Assembly: GCF_964213995.1 (NCBI RefSeq)
Contig: NC_135822.1
Location: 7,936,001 to 8,000,000, forward strand
Length of the DNA stretch: 64,000 nt
Direction of reading: 5' to 3'
Source of the DNA: Mustelus asterias
Taxonomy: Eukaryota
Below, one piece after another: positions 37,335-51,349 of this stretch. The notes under the pieces are model-generated. The model saw only the letters and a list, made by a program, of their open reading frames with translations, did not search any database and was not told the origin of the DNA. A program made the position numbers and the translations under genes. Every line of letters starts with the position of its first letter. Positions within the stretch are counted from its first letter, which is position 1.

Positions 37335-37965
37335 CTGAGTCAGCGGGGTTACGAGTTTGAGCCCAAAGTCAAAACTTAAGCTCAGTATCCAGGGCAGTGT
37401 TCCTGTGCCTCAGTGCTGAAGGAGTGCTGCGTTGTTGAAGGTGCATTTTGTATAAGATACTAAACCAAGGCTCCATCTGTCTTTTTCAATGATTCCAAGG
37501 GCGGCACGGTGGCATAGTGGTGGGAGGCACAGTGGTTAGCACTGCTGCCTCACAGTGCCAGGGACCCGGGTTCAATTCCGGCCTCGGATCACTGTCTGGG
37601 TGGAGTTTGCACATTTTCCCCGTGTCTGCGTGGATTTCCTCCCACAATCTAGAGATGTGCGGGTTAGGTTGATTGGCCACGGTAAATTGACTCTAGTGTC
37701 AGGGGGATTAGCAGGGTAAATATGTGGGGTTATGGGAATAGGGGCTGGGTGGGATTGAGGTCGGTGCAGACTCGATGGGCCGAATGGCCTCCTTCTGCAC
37801 TGTACAATTCTATGATTCCATTGGAAGCTAAAGACCACCTGGACCTGGCACTTTTTAAAGAGATGAGTATTGCCCGTCTACCATTCTTTCCTGAACTGAT
37901 ACCACAGAAAAATTAGACCAGCTGGTCACTAATGTTTGTGGGATGTTCTTGGTGCAGAACAACTT
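37335..37965 (+). mobile_element. Deu-domain SINE interrupted by an HE1-like SINE
   Basis: ctgagtcag...cagtgctgaaggagtgctgc...aaaccaaggctcc; resumes after 37820. Confidence 0.7.
37498..37811 (+). mobile_element. HE1-like V-SINE, full length, CR1-type tail
   Basis: gggcggcacggtggc head (partly duplicated); TSD atgattcca at 37489-37497 and 37812-37820. Confidence 0.93.
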
Positions 37966-38319
37966 ACTTGTTTGCTGGGGCAGCATCCAATGCAGGCCTA
38001 GAGTACTTGTGTTTTGACATAGTGCATTACATAAAAGCAAATATTATAGTTTATAAGTTTTTTAATTTTCCCAGTCCCTATTCTGAAGCTTGTGTTTAAA
38101 ATGTTGCCGTATGTCTGATGGAATGTACGGTCTGATGAATTGCACTGTAATCCAGTAAGAACATAGTTGTAAACATACTTGGTGTGGAGGACACAGGAAG
38201 CAAATTAGTGTCCAATTTGAGTGTTTGCTGCAACAAATGTTAAAAATGGCTTGAAGCCCACACTTTCGAAAAGTCAGCAGAGTTTAGTTAACTTGTTGTT
38301 GTAAACTCATGGAGATCAA

Positions 38320-40325
38320 AACAGAAGAGTTCAACCAGGATTCTCATTCCTGTTCCCCAGCCAATAGCTCTTGCCAGAGTTTACATCGTTCTCTAGTTTC
38401 GCTCTTATCCCTCTCTCACACCCTCCCCGAGCTCATCTGTCTAAGACCCACCACCTGCTGCTTTGACCCTATTGCCACTAAACTGCTAACCGCCCAGCTT
38501 CCTTTCCTGGCCCCCATGTTAGTTGACATTAGTAATGGTTTTCTCTCCTTGGGTACTTTCTCCCGCTCAAAATCTACTTTCACCATCCCTTCCTCAAAAA
38601 AAAATCCCCGACCCTATCATTCATGCAAACTGCCATCCCATTGTCCACCTCCCTTTCCTCTCCTGTCCTTAAGTTGACACTCAAATTTGTACCCATCTTT
38701 CCCTGTTTGAATCCCTTCAATCAGGTTTCCACCTCTGCTACAATAACAGAATGGCTCTTATCAACTTATAAATGACACCAAGTGTGACTTTGACAAAGGT
38801 ATACTATCCGTCCTTGTTCTTCTCTATCTGCAACCTTTGTCACAGTTGATCATCCTTCTCCAGTGCCTCTTCACTATTATTCAACTGGGTGAGACAGCAT
38901 TGGCCGAGTACCATTTTTATTTGTTTTAGACTGGCCAAAGAAGCCACCTACAATAACGTCACTTCCCACTCCTGTAACATTACCTCTGGTGTCCTTTAGA
39001 CTCTATTCTTGTTTCCATCCTATTCCTCATCTAATGCTTCCCCTGAGTGGCGAGTTCCCAAATGCATGCTGATGACACCTAACTCCAACTCCACACCATC
39101 TTTTCCAGCCCCTCCACTGTCTTTGAATTTCGGACTGTTTGTCCCACATCCAAAACTGGATGAACAGAACTTCCTCCACCAAAAATTGGAAGGACTGAAG
39201 CCATTAACTTTGATCCTTACTGCAAACTCTGTTCCCTAACCATCAACTTATGTCTCTTCCTATCCACAGTTTGAGGTTGAAACATGCTGTTGGCGCCTCA
39301 ATCTCTGTCATATTTGACCCTGAGATGAGCTTTCGACCACTTAGCTGTGCCATCACTGAGACAACCTATATCCACCTCTGTCATTATCTGACTCTGCCTC
39401 TGCCTCAGTTTGTCATGCTGAATCCCTCATCTGAACACTTGCTACTTCTAAGCTTGTCTATTCCAATGGACTCTTGGTCAGCTCCCCATTTTCTAACTTT
39501 CGTAATCCAAAACTGCTACCTGTACCCCCACTCGCACCAGGCTCTCTTTACCCATCATTCTGTGCTTGCTGACCTACAGTGGCACCCAGCAATGTTTACA
39601 TTTTAGAATTCTCACCTTTGTTTTCAAACATCTACCTGGCTGTGCCCTTCCACATATCTGTAATCTCCTCCAACCCAACAATATTCTGCCAATTCTGGCC
39701 TCTTGAACATCCTGGATTTTAATCACTCCACAATTGGCGTCTGTGGCTCTGGCTTCCAAGCCTGAAGCTCTGGAATACCCTCCCTAAATTTCTCTACTTC
39801 TTTCCTCTTTTAAGAGGTTCCTTAAAACCTATCCCTTTATCCAAGTTCTGCCCTAACATTTATTTATGTGGCTTGGTGTCAAGTATTATATTGCTTAATA
39901 TAGGCACGGCATGGTGTCACAGTGGTTAGCACCGCTGCCTCAGTGCGAGGGACCCGAATTTGATTCTCATCTTGGGTCACTGTCTGTATGGAGTTTGCAT
40001 GTTCTCCCCGTGTCTGTGTGGGTTTCCTCTGACTGCTCTCGTTTCCCCCACAATCCACTAATGTGTTGGTTAGATGGATTGGCCATGGTAAATTGCCCCT
40101 TAGTGTCCCAAGATGTGTAGGTTAGGTGGATTGGCCATGGTAAATGTGCTGAGACACATGGTGGGGTGGGCCTGGGTAAGATGCTCATTCAGAGAGTTGG
40201 TGCAGACTCGATTGGCTGAATGACCTCCATCTGCACTGTAGGGATTCTATAATTCTAATGTTTTCTGTAAAGTGATGTGGGATGTTTCACAACATTCAAC
40301 TTGCTATATAAATACAAGTTGTTGT
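38320..40325 (+). mobile_element. Decayed L2-clade LINE (RT region to 3' tail)
   Basis: RPTTCCFDPIATKLLTAQLPFLAPMLVDISNGFLSLG and VIFDPEMSF; tail gctatataaatacaagttgttgt interrupted by a SINE. Confidence 0.85.
39903..40260 (+). mobile_element. HE1-like V-SINE, full length, CR1-type tail
   Basis: Head, V domain, duplicated ggattggccatggtaaat and gggattctat tail. Confidence 0.92.
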
Positions 40326-41740
40326 CGAGTGTGGATTTGTTATAAAAGTGATCAGATCAGGTGCAGTTGCAGTATTTTCCAAAACCAGCTCAACAATGCT
40401 AGTGTTCAGAATGGCCATTTGGATGAGGAATGGAACTTGACTGATCATTATCCCAGTGTCACCTTGAGGAACAGTAAAAAGAAACCTTCTATTAAGAGTA
40501 AATTTATTCGATTGGCAGTCAAGTGCTTTGGAGCATCTTGAGTTTGAGGAAGGCAGTATATACATTGTTTGCAACTTGCATTTTTCTGTCTTTCTAGTAA
40601 TTGTTTTTCCTTGCTTTCTTTTGAGTAAATTCCTTTTGTTTAAGTGAAGGAGTGAATATTTGTTAAGCTTATTTTTTCTTTCTCTTGGTGCTGATGTGAT
40701 GAACTTCTAAGGTTTATCACGCCACCTAAACGCTATGATATATTACGACCATATAACACACTCTAGACTATAAGTAATCCCCTGTAAAGCTGTAGTTCAA
40801 AAATAAATTGAGTTTATATTCTTTGGCTATGGATTTTATGTCCCAAACGCTTCTGAATGAATATTTTATGATTTAAATAATTTTGAGTGGTGCAAATCTA
40901 TTCTGGCAATACCGCTGCCAAGAGAAGACCATCTAAAATGCCCAATAGCTGCGATGGAAATGTTTAAAATGTTGGAGCTTTTTAGAAAGTTCAGTGTAAG
41001 AAAGGAATACGTCTAAAAAAAAAGGTTGCAGGTGGATCCTTTCTGATTGAGGTAGAATTGCAGCTAAGGATAGAGTGGGTTATTGATGTGGTGTACTGCT
41101 TCACTGGCTTCATTAACGTTGTTGGAAATATTCTAAAATTTAAAAGAAAGCACCAGATGTGTTCATCTAAAGTTGAAACCAGTTACTTGAAACCACATTC
41201 TAGATTGAGACCCGTAGAATATTTTAAAACTCTTGTGTGGAATCTGGTTAAAGGTTTTCGGCCCAGAAGCTGACGAAGGCTTTTGTAATAAATTATAAAT
41301 GGCATGAGTATGTGCACCTCTCATCAGTAATTGAAAGACTTGACCTTTCTGGACAATCCTACATGATTTTCATATCAAAGCATTAGCCTGACTTTAATAT
41401 TTTTCAGTGTGTTTTTAGTTTTGTGGTTAATTTGCCACCAATACAATGCAAACTAAAGATACTGTGTATACTTTGGTCTATCAATTTAATTAAATTGATT
41501 AGTCTTCATTAACTGTTAGTGTCTTGTACCATGTTATGGAAACTGTCAATTACTTGCGGTTGATTTTCTGTTTTTTTTTAAAGCTATAACCTTTTTGTAG
41601 AACTGTTGATCGCAGCACCTGTTTCTCATAAACAGATAGCAATAATTTTCTGGATAGAGTTGTAGTTTTAAAAATAAAACATATTGCTTTAAAAAAGTTT
41701 GGATTTCTGTTTTACCTGCTTATGCTGCTGTCTGTGAAAT

Positions 41741-42028
41741 GTTTAAAGTTTATTTATTAGTGTCACAAGTAGGCTTACATTAACACTGCAATGAAGTTAC
41801 TGTGAAAATCCCCTCGTTGCCACATCCGGTGCCTGTTCGGATACACGGAGGGAGAATTTAGCATGGCCAATGCACCTAACCAGCATGTCTTTCGGACTGT
41901 GGGAGGAAACCGGAGCACCCAGAGGAAATCCGTGCAAACTCGACAATGACAATCACCGAAGCCGGGAATCGAACCTGAGTCCCTGGTGCTGTGAGGCAGC
42001 AGTGCTAACCACTGTGCCACCGTGTCGC
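41741..42028 (-). mobile_element. V-SINE with Rex1-like tail
   Basis: Near full-length copy. Confidence 0.92.
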
Positions 42029-42057
42029 TAATGTAGTTGGAAGCATGATATCTTTCA

Positions 42058-42118
42058 TTTTCACAGTAACTTCATTGCAGTGTGAATGTAAGCCTACTTG
42101 TGACTAATAAATAAACTT
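42058..42118 (+). mobile_element. SINE tail-only insertion
   Basis: ttttcacagtaacttcattgcagtgtgaatgtaagcctacttgtgactaataaataaactt. Confidence 0.85.
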
Positions 42119-45100
42119 CATCTATATTAAAATGCAAAGAAGGGCATAATAATAAATCAGAACAAATCCCTAGTTTAAAATCTGACGTCAGCAAATTTTG
42201 GTGTCTATTTTATGGAGAAAGCAAATCAAATTTATTGTTTATCAAAAGCAGATTTCCATTTAAATGCGAATTTTGAGTAGGAATCCAAAACTAGAATGCT
42301 TGGTTTTATGTGTATTTGCAGATTTGTGTTTTTAGTGCACGCTGTTATCAGTTAATAGCATTCTTGTTTCTGAGCAAGTTTCTCATCCATTATCCCTATT
42401 GATGTTTCACTAATCCTGAATTAGTTATTTAACAGCTTACCTCCGTAGTTTTTCACTTTTCAGGAAGCTGCCTGTAAGACTAAGGTTTGTTCATGTATCT
42501 TTTTAAAATATTTTGCCTGATTTTTTTTTAACCCTCCTTTTAATATAACTCATTTCGACATTCCCCTTAAATGATAATCTTCAAGAAACCGTGAACAATT
42601 AAAACTCTATTTAGAGATGGCTGGGTATCATTTAGGATTACAAGTTAACAAAAGAGGCAAAGACTTAAAGCCAGAAAAGGAATCATTATTCAATGAGTGC
42701 TTGTAACAATTTGACATATTAAACAGATTAGACACTTTTACACTTCCAGACCATAACATAGTGATTCTATGCTTGAGTATTTTAAGATGACCAGTGTTTA
42801 TGAAGTTTGTTAAAAGGTTTTGAGTCAAAACCAAATTCCCAAAATAATTTCTAAATAAATCATTTGTCCACCACAATAAAGATTAATTTCGCTAACTAGC
42901 TGCGAATTATTGACTTCTTTGTTTCTTTTTGGGCCTGGTCCTCATAAAAACTGTTGGGAGTTGAGTTTATAACGATGACTATCACTGCTGGTCAATTCAA
43001 AGACATTTTTGCAAAACTACAAAAACAGTTAATGTTGAGAGTAGAGAGCAGTTGACGCTGCAGTCTTATTTATTAAGAAATGCTTATCTGTATGGGAAGG
43101 GTCATGAAGCATCGGCCTTGGGAAGGAGTGGAGCAACACTGAAATAGTGCAATGTGTATGTCTTTGTACAAAAAAAGTCTGGATGGATAGTCTCTGAAAT
43201 TCCCATTTGAATAACCAGTGTAATCTCCAGTATAGTAAACAGGAGCAAATCAAGCGAATATTGCTTCTTGGTCTCTGTCCATTTCTTTGGATTAGGATGT
43301 GGAAGCACTATCAACAGAACCATCTGTTCTGCGAGGCTGGTTAGTCAGTTTCAGTCCCTCCTGCCATTGCCCACTGTAGCCAGCCACTGTGAGGTGTGAG
43401 CCCTTATGAATTGTAAGGTGAGTTGATCAGTGATAGAACCTACATTTTTCAAGTCTGTGACACCGTCTAATGCTCTGTACCACTATTCTAATTTAAAGTA
43501 ACTTTAAATGAGGTCCATTGGATTGATAGCAATTGTACTGTTTATCGTGTATTCCTTCTGCTTACATGCATCTCTTTCCCTGACTGCCTCCCCACTCCCC
43601 CAGGTGCGATGTTTGCTCATGTTTGGTAGTAGCTGAAAAGCTAAGTGGCCATAAATGTTTTTCCTTTTGATGTTATTTGTGTAATTCTTTTATAAATCGG
43701 AGGAAAACCAACCCTGGGATATTCCCTCATTTAGATAACTACGGTTTAACTATTTTCAGTACTTTAAAAAAAATAATAATCTCAGTCCTGCATTAAACTA
43801 ATTGAGCTTTTTGCATACTGTGTGGTTGGAGAACTGGAGGGGGAAAAAAGGCTTTCCATTAAAATCTGTTTTGCATTGCAGGCGCTTAGCCCTAATGAGT
43901 ACCTTTTGGGTAAAGTTTTAAAATGAGTGATTAAAAGGTCATTTTTTTATCTGTTTGGCAGAGACTGTACACAAATGTAACTGCTCAGTGTGTTTGCACA
44001 GCTTGAACAGTGAACTTGAATAGTCAGCAGTCTCCTCCTACTCGTGTCCAATATTGGTCGGAGCCAGGGATGGAAACTATTTCTAAAAATTATGATTGGA
44101 CAGAAATGATAGAAGCGTATTTTTGAAGATCTGTTTACTTTTATATGTAGTGGCATCAGACTGCATGAGACTGAAGCTCTTAAAATGAATTTGTATCACA
44201 TGCTTTGTTCCAAATGTTTTAAAATTGTGTCACGGGGTGGTGGGGGGGGGGCGGTTTCGAAAATCACTGCAACAGCTCTTGCTCTCCATCACACAGTCTG
44301 CATTTATTTTCATGGGAAGATGAGGGGATTTACTGAAATTAAGCTCCTCAGGAGTTACAAGCAACAACCTTTCGACAATTAAAATAACAAGTTATATTCC
44401 AGGTTCAAAAGCAAATTGTGTAATTGTTTGGTATAAAGATCCATTACAGAAGCAAAATAATTGGCTAATTGGAGGCAGCACTGCCCACTGTCTCAAGGGT
44501 GGAGGTTAATGCCACGAGTTTAAATATAGATGGGTTTTCAGGCCCATGTGGTATTGATTATGCTCCCTACATCTGCTTCTAAATATTAAATGAAAAGGAG
44601 ATTACTGTAAATCATTTGGTGAACAAATATTGTGTTTTGGGTTTCCACCGTTGTTAGTAGTTCACATGACTGGTTCAAATTTTAGAATTTCAGATGAAAA
44701 CCTGTGCCTCAATTTGGTAAAAATGCTTTGTGAAAAATTTGCTTCATGGGCTGCCATTTAGTAACTCGAACATGTAGTTAGCATTCTCTTAGACTGCATT
44801 AGTTCTATCTGATGTATTGAAAACAGATAGAATGATGCATTGTCTGGAATCTCAATCACTGGAAGCAATATAGCTTTTTTTGTGCATGTAATTTTCAGAC
44901 GCACTAAATATAGATTTTGTTATTGAACTACGGTTGGAACAGAAATTAGGAAGCTTTGGCTGGAATCAGAAAAAAGCCTTTAAAGGAGTCAGTTAAATTC
45001 AACCCCAGCCACAAAATAGAAAGGGGTTTTGTTCTGCAAGGACTTGGAGCTTAATCACTGCTTTGTGTCTAAATTTTAGATTTGTGCATTTGACAGTAAC

Positions 45101-47163
45101 TGTGCAACCTGTAGATTGAAGCTGTTTTTATACAACTGTTAGACTTCCTGGACATCATACAATGAATGCTTGCACTCCATCCCCCGAAACAAAATGCACA
45201 ATAATAAGCTGCCAGATGTCTTCATTAGTTCTCATAAAATTCACTTTGTGCAGTTGCTGAAAAATAGAGTACGTTTCTTTCTTCCAGTTTAGCACATGGT
45301 CAAGATTCTTGAATTACTTGAAGAAAATTGTATATTTTGATTTGTTAAATATATATTATTTCTTGCAACTACCTGATTTATGACTGCTGTTAATGATAAT
45401 GTGCACTTAAAAAACACAAATGACTAACGTACTGGGCTAACGTTCTGATCCCGAAGGAATATATGATTGAAAACATGTGGTTCTTTAAAAGCTATTGAGT
45501 TCTGTGAAGTGCACTCGTGGTACAGGATTTTTTTTTTGAGACGAGGTTGTTACAGTAATTTTGTTTGTTTTAACATGATTGATCCCATTAAGCAGTGTCT
45601 TTTTGTGCTAAGTAATTGTATATTTACTCAAGTTAAGAAAAATACATCTTGATTTTGCTGTTTTTAATTATGTATCTAAATGATCCATTCTGGATTCTAC
45701 CTTCACCTTTAATCTGCCATGAATTTTATGAGGTGAAGCTTCTTCAAAGCAATGCTTGCCTTTTGTAGGATTAAGAATTTGGTCCAAATTTTAAACTGCC
45801 AGCATTAAATATATTATTGAAATATGCTTTATTAATATAAAAATTAGACCAAGGAACCAGTGTATGTTTTCTGGATGCTGGTTTGAAATTTAAATTGCAT
45901 GCTATGCTGCTCAATAAAACCCTTGGTTCCTGACAGCTGATCAAATTATACCTCTGGGTTGGAGGCATAATACTGTAAAACATACAAACTTCCTGTCACA
46001 TGTTTGGGAATCGCATTGAAAGCATCACAAAGCCACAGTGATAATTAGCAGTGGCGATAGAAGATACAAACTCTGGTGCAATGCCAGAGGAAAGCTCCAA
46101 AAAGGTAACATATTGTTTTATAAACTATGATTCAGAAGGGTGTGTTTTGAAGTTGTAACTCTGCCATTGTCAGCCTATAGTAACTGGGCTTTTGGAGTTT
46201 TTAAGCTTTGTAATACATGTAATGGGATACATTTCCACCCATTCTGTCTTCATTATAGTGTCAGGCCTTCAGAATTGTTTATTATTTTTGGTGGAGATAT
46301 TGAAAAGTTCTGTTTAATGCTGCAAGGATGATTTCTAGCTTGTTTGCATGATGTTCGGACAGTTCTGCAGTTAGCTCAGCAAGCCACCTAAATGGGAGAG
46401 AACCTTTACTGATCCATGTTTACTTCTAACATCCTGATAAGGAATTTCTATTCGGCATAAATGCAAATGAGTTCAGTTGATGAAAAATATGCAAATACAA
46501 AGCAACAGACTGCAACATGTTCAAAACTATTGATGTACATAAAAGGCTTTTTATTGCAAAAATAATTTTATACATGCATTTCTAAAATGGAATCGGAAAA
46601 AGCAAAATAAAACATTACAGGTTTATAATCCTGTCTTGTAACATTTATAAATGTTTATTTGATTTGTTTATGTATTTTCAGTGGAGGGATATTTTTTATA
46701 TAAACCTTTTCTCCAGCTGTGGCTGGGAGAATGAGCACATGATCTACAACTTAAGGCAACCAGGTGACTTTTTTTTCTCTCAACTTTCTGTTCTCAAAGT
46801 AAAAGTTACCATAGAAAGAGTTTTACTGATAAGATCAGGTGAGGAGGGATCAAATGGTTGTCCTTTTTATCCCACTCTTTGTTTGGCCACAACAGTTTTT
46901 TTGTTAAAATGGATGCTCTTGCCAATTCAGCGAGTGTTTAACTGTTTATTCACTTGATCGTAAAGGCAAATGCAAACAGGTTTTCTTTAAGTTTTAACAA
47001 GGAGAAAAAAGATTGCTTTTGTGTGTTTGGTAGTACAGAGCTTGAGTATTGCTGAAAAAAGGGACATGCTGTCAAAGTTTTTGATTTTGCACTCATCAGG
47101 ACAGTTTGTGAGAAATTACCAACAGTAAAAAAGAACAACAATTTATAATGCATGCATGCATAT

Positions 47164-47296
47164 AGCATGGGCATGCTAAATTCTCCCTCAGTGTACCCGA
47201 ACAGGCGCCAGAGTGTGGTGACTAGGGGATTTTCACAGTAACTTCATAGTGTTAATGTAAGTCTCTACTTGTGACACTGATAAATAAACTTAAACT
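47164..47296 (+). mobile_element. 5'-truncated V-SINE (Rex1-like tail)
   Basis: catgctaaattctccctcagtgtacccgaacaggcgcc...ataaataaacttaaactt. Confidence 0.88.
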
Positions 47297-47857
47297 TAGA
47301 ATAGAGTGATGATTGGTTGGCCAGTGGGCTCTGAATGGGTGGAGTTGTTGCCATGGAGAATGCAGCATGGAACAGTTAACTGTTCAGCTTTCTTCACATT
47401 CAAACTGGCCAGGTCAACTCCAGTCAAGACATTGCCCTGGGGAATAGATAAACCAGGGAGTGACTGTTCCTTCAGCCTTTGTTTGGTTCAAAAAGGTGTA
47501 ATGCGTGGGCATGTTCCTTCTGTCTCCACTATACAGTTTGTGAGATGCAGAGGGATGATTTCTTTTTCTGGAAGTAGCAGCTGTAGAGTTGAATTCTTTC
47601 TTTAAAATCTCTGTGGCACATGGCGTGAGTCAAACAGCAGCAGACAGGGTTAAAGATTGCGTGCAAGTTGGGTGGAGAGTGAGAAAGAGGAGGGAACATC
47701 AGATCTTGTTCCTTCAGTGTCTCCGTTGCATGTGTCTTGAAAGTTGGTGCTTAAGACATATAGAAAGTGGCCTTGCCACATTACTTTTTCTCCCAACTGC
47801 CCAATGATCCAAGTAGCTCATGGCCAGTGTATTCCAATTGTGACTTAATCAGATCAT

Positions 47858-49262
47858 GGGTGGAATTCTCTCATTTTGAGACTAGGTGTGGTGGTGAGTG
47901 ATTCTTGTGGCATGTGTCCTACTGACCAGAATGATGACATCCTGCTCCAGATTCTGCACTTGTAATTTCATTAATTATACCGAGGCAAGTTCCCCTCCAA
48001 TTCTCCCGGTGGGCCAGCAGCTGACGGGTTTGAAGGCCCTGGTGCCGTGTTTAAACACGAGTCCAGAACACTCGTATCACTCTCTCCAGCCCGCCTATCT
48101 TCACCAAACTGCAGATGTCAGCAACCAGAGGAAAAAGGCTAACAGCCTCAAGACTTCTGTTCCTCAATTTGGCCACCTTCTTTGTGAGCCCATCACCTGT
48201 GAGGTACTCGTGCCACAAGTGGATCTCTACCCACCACACCTGGAATCATCCATCCCCTTCCAGTATAGAATGTGGTATCCCTTTGACCCTTTTGTGAGCT
48301 ATTCATGCATCCTTGTTGGGGTCCAGCTTCCCTCACCTCTGCCTCCCATTGTTTATCAACTTCTTCAAACCCCTTGCCCCTCTGCATGCTGTTGTGAGTC
48401 CTCACCCCTCTTCCCCCATTCCCCTCCTCGCACTGCACCCCCAGTTGAACTTATTTATTTATTAGTCACAAGTAAGGTGCCTGTTTGGGTCAATGCACCT
48501 AACCAGCACATCTTTCAGACTTTGGGAGGAAACTGGAGCACCCGGAGGAAACCCACACAGACACGGAGAATGTGCCAACTCCACACAGACAGTGACCCAA
48601 GCCGGGAATCGAACCCGGGTCTCTGGCATTGAGGCAGCAGTGCTAACCACTGTGCCACTGTACATTTGGTGCTTCGTTGCGGTGGCTGCATGAACCCCAC
48701 AGCTCACTGTCCAGATAGACACTAGTGTGTGGCACCAGAGGGGCAGGGGATCCCTGTACGCCGAAACCCCAGGTGCAGCACTGAACTGAGATGGTGATAC
48801 GAGAGTCCATAGGTCCAGCAGTATGGTACTGACCATGAAGACCAGCTCGGCATGGAATTGGAAGGCAGGAACCAGTGTGCCCCGGCAGAATGGTGAACAG
48901 TGCATCAGGAGCAGCACAGCACTTTGGCAGAAAGGCTTGCACTCATCTCAAAGTCTCTTGCCAACTGAGGGCCATCTGGTGCACGTGACTCTTTAGTAAT
49001 CGAGTTTGAAGCTGATGTGATTTCCCGCAAGTGATGCAAGAATGAAAGGCCTGATGGGACACCGGTGGGCAGCTGTTTCAATGAGCATTCATGAGATGCA
49101 AATTGCATTCGCACCACTTGCCAGTGGGATGACCAACCCACCACTGGGAGAATTGCAACATAATTTTATGCCGGCAGGTTTCCGACTTCTTGGCTCCTGC
49201 CAGGTTCTCTGTGCCTGTCCTGCTACCAAACCCACTGTGGGTGGGTTGAGAGAATTCCACCT
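47858..49262. mobile_element. Non-autonomous DNA transposon with 16-bp TIRs (PIF/Harbinger-like)
   Basis: gggtggaattctctca (47858-47873) versus tgagagaattccacct (49247-49262), 15/16 inverted match; GC-rich interior. Confidence 0.75.
48449..48658 (-). mobile_element. V-SINE with shortened Rex1-like tail, nested in the DNA transposon
   Basis: Head and V domain present; tail internally deleted. Confidence 0.88.
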
Positions 49263-49983
49263 TCTGTCTGGGAATATCTCTCTCAGCCATTGTTTAAGTG
49301 ATTATTTAGTGGGTTGTCTCTACGTAGGAGATGTGGTTCATTCACATTCCCTGGAAACCATTGGCTTTGGTGGTTTTTGCAGGCAGGTAGACTGCATCTC
49401 AATGGTATTGGAATGTGGAAGGTACAGTGATGCAAATTGTCTCGCCATATTTGACTGAAAGCTCAAATTACTGGAATGTGGCTTTAGTTTCTTTTTCGAA
49501 GAGTTCAGTTAGAGTTTCCAGCACGTTTCCTGATTCAAACATGAGCATTTTTGACAAAGAACATGTTTCACTGAGGTGAAGCTCTTCAATTTTGCTATAT
49601 CATCACAACTTTATTCCATCACCTGCGCATTTCTACAGAAGGCAAACAAAATAAACTTAGACTCTATCCTCTTAAAAACAAATGTTCTTTGTAATCCTTG
49701 AATGCATATGAAGTGATTGTAATTTTTTATCCTGTCAATTACGCTTTTTTTGGGCAGGGAACTGGGATTTTTCAAGCTTGAAAAGAAGCAATTGTGTTGA
49801 GTGACATCAAATAAAGCACTGTGAAATAGAAAAGAATTAAAAATAGACTAATAATGTAGGCTGTTTCCTTCCTGAGTCTCTCTGCTCTTCTCTCCTCAAA
49901 GTTTATCTATGAAAATGAATCGGAATTTTGGTCACTTGTCCTAATATCATCATACGTGACTCATTGTCAAATTATGCCCGATA

Positions 49984-50255
49984 GTTTATTTTTATTTATT
50001 AGTGTCACAGATTAACTGCAATGAAGTTACTGTGAAAATCCCCTAGTTGCCACACTCCGGCGCCTGTTCGGGTACACTGAGGGAGAATTTAGTATGGCTA
50101 ATGCACCAAACCAGCACGTCTTTCGGACTATGGAAGGAAACCCCCCAGACACTGGGAGAACGTGCAGACTCCGCACAGACAGTGACCCAAACCGGGAATC
50201 GAACCAGATCCCTGGTGCTGTGAGGCAGCAGCGCTAACCACTGTGCCACCGTGCT
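49984..50255 (-). mobile_element. V-SINE with Rex1-like tail
   Basis: Same family as 41741-42028. Confidence 0.9.
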
Positions 50256-50954
50256 GCTCCTTTGAAGTACCTTGGACCATTTTGCTATATTTAAGGTGCT
50301 ATACAATGGAACTTATTGTTTGCACTAATCGGGGCAAGATAAATTAAACATGGCTTGGCTCTGATGCCCTCCACAGTGGAATAACTTGTTTACACATACT
50401 ATCTCGCCTTGCATATGTGGTACTCAGAGACTATGCGTATATATCCCAGCAAAAACTAGTGCCTACAGGAGAGGAAATGGACAAATCAGGAAGATGTACT
50501 TCTACCTGTTTGCTACATTTTGAATAGACAAATTAATTTTCAGATAAATTGGGAAAATGAACTTTTCTGCATGGTGATTTTGTAAAAGTTGAAATTTGCA
50601 ACAGCATGGCTAATGTAGTTAGGATGTTTCTTTTATCCTTGGCTGCACCAACTAAATAAACCATAGTTCAGTGAAATGGATCTCAAGCCATTCTGAACTT
50701 AATGCCTAATCAGCCAGATGTTGCTTGAACTTCTGTCAGTTTTGTAATGCACAAGTGCCGTTTGAATGAAGATTTTCAGTTCACTGAAGATACAAATCCC
50801 TGTTCTATACTGCTGTAAATGAATTGTACCAGGTTGGAGCATAATGTTGAGCAGCATTTAATAAATTAAACTGGCAAGACAATGAGATCAGATCATTGCT
50901 CAGTCAATGAACATGGGCAAAGCTGATGTTTATTTACTATAAACCCAGGTCTGG

Positions 50955-51170
50955 CGTTTATATAGCATCTTTTAGCATATCAGGTGCTTCATGGAGGTAA
51001 TGTGACATAGGAATGGAGATTGAGCAAAGGAGACACCAGGAGGGATGACCAAAATCTCAGTCAAAGAGATGAGCTTGAAGGAGGAGGAAAGACTTTGAGG
51101 AGCTCGTGAAGAGAATTTCATCGTGGGGCCTAGATCAATGAAGTCACAACTGCCAATGATGGGGAGAAGG
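50955..51170 (-). mobile_element. L2-like LINE 3' tail, decayed
   Basis: gcgtttatatagcatc...gatgaccaaaatctcagtcaaagagat...gagaatttca. Confidence 0.55.
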
Positions 51171-51349
51171 GCAGATATGCTAGAATTGCAAAAAAATAGT
51201 ACTGCAGCAAATGCTTCTCTTCACATTGGCATTTTCTGCTTAAGGTTTATTTAAATTAATACAAATGAAGCGCACTAGAACAAATTTTAACACAAGTTTT
51301 TTTTTTAGCATTGCCTTTTTATGCTCTGTTTCAAATATTTAAATAAAGA

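Noticed and set aside
37498-37580. tRNA genes at SINE heads
   Set aside because: A and B boxes are present but there is no cloverleaf; each continues into a SINE body.
47898-48632. 244-aa ORF
   Set aside because: Runs through a DNA-transposon interior and an antisense SINE; no recognisable domain.
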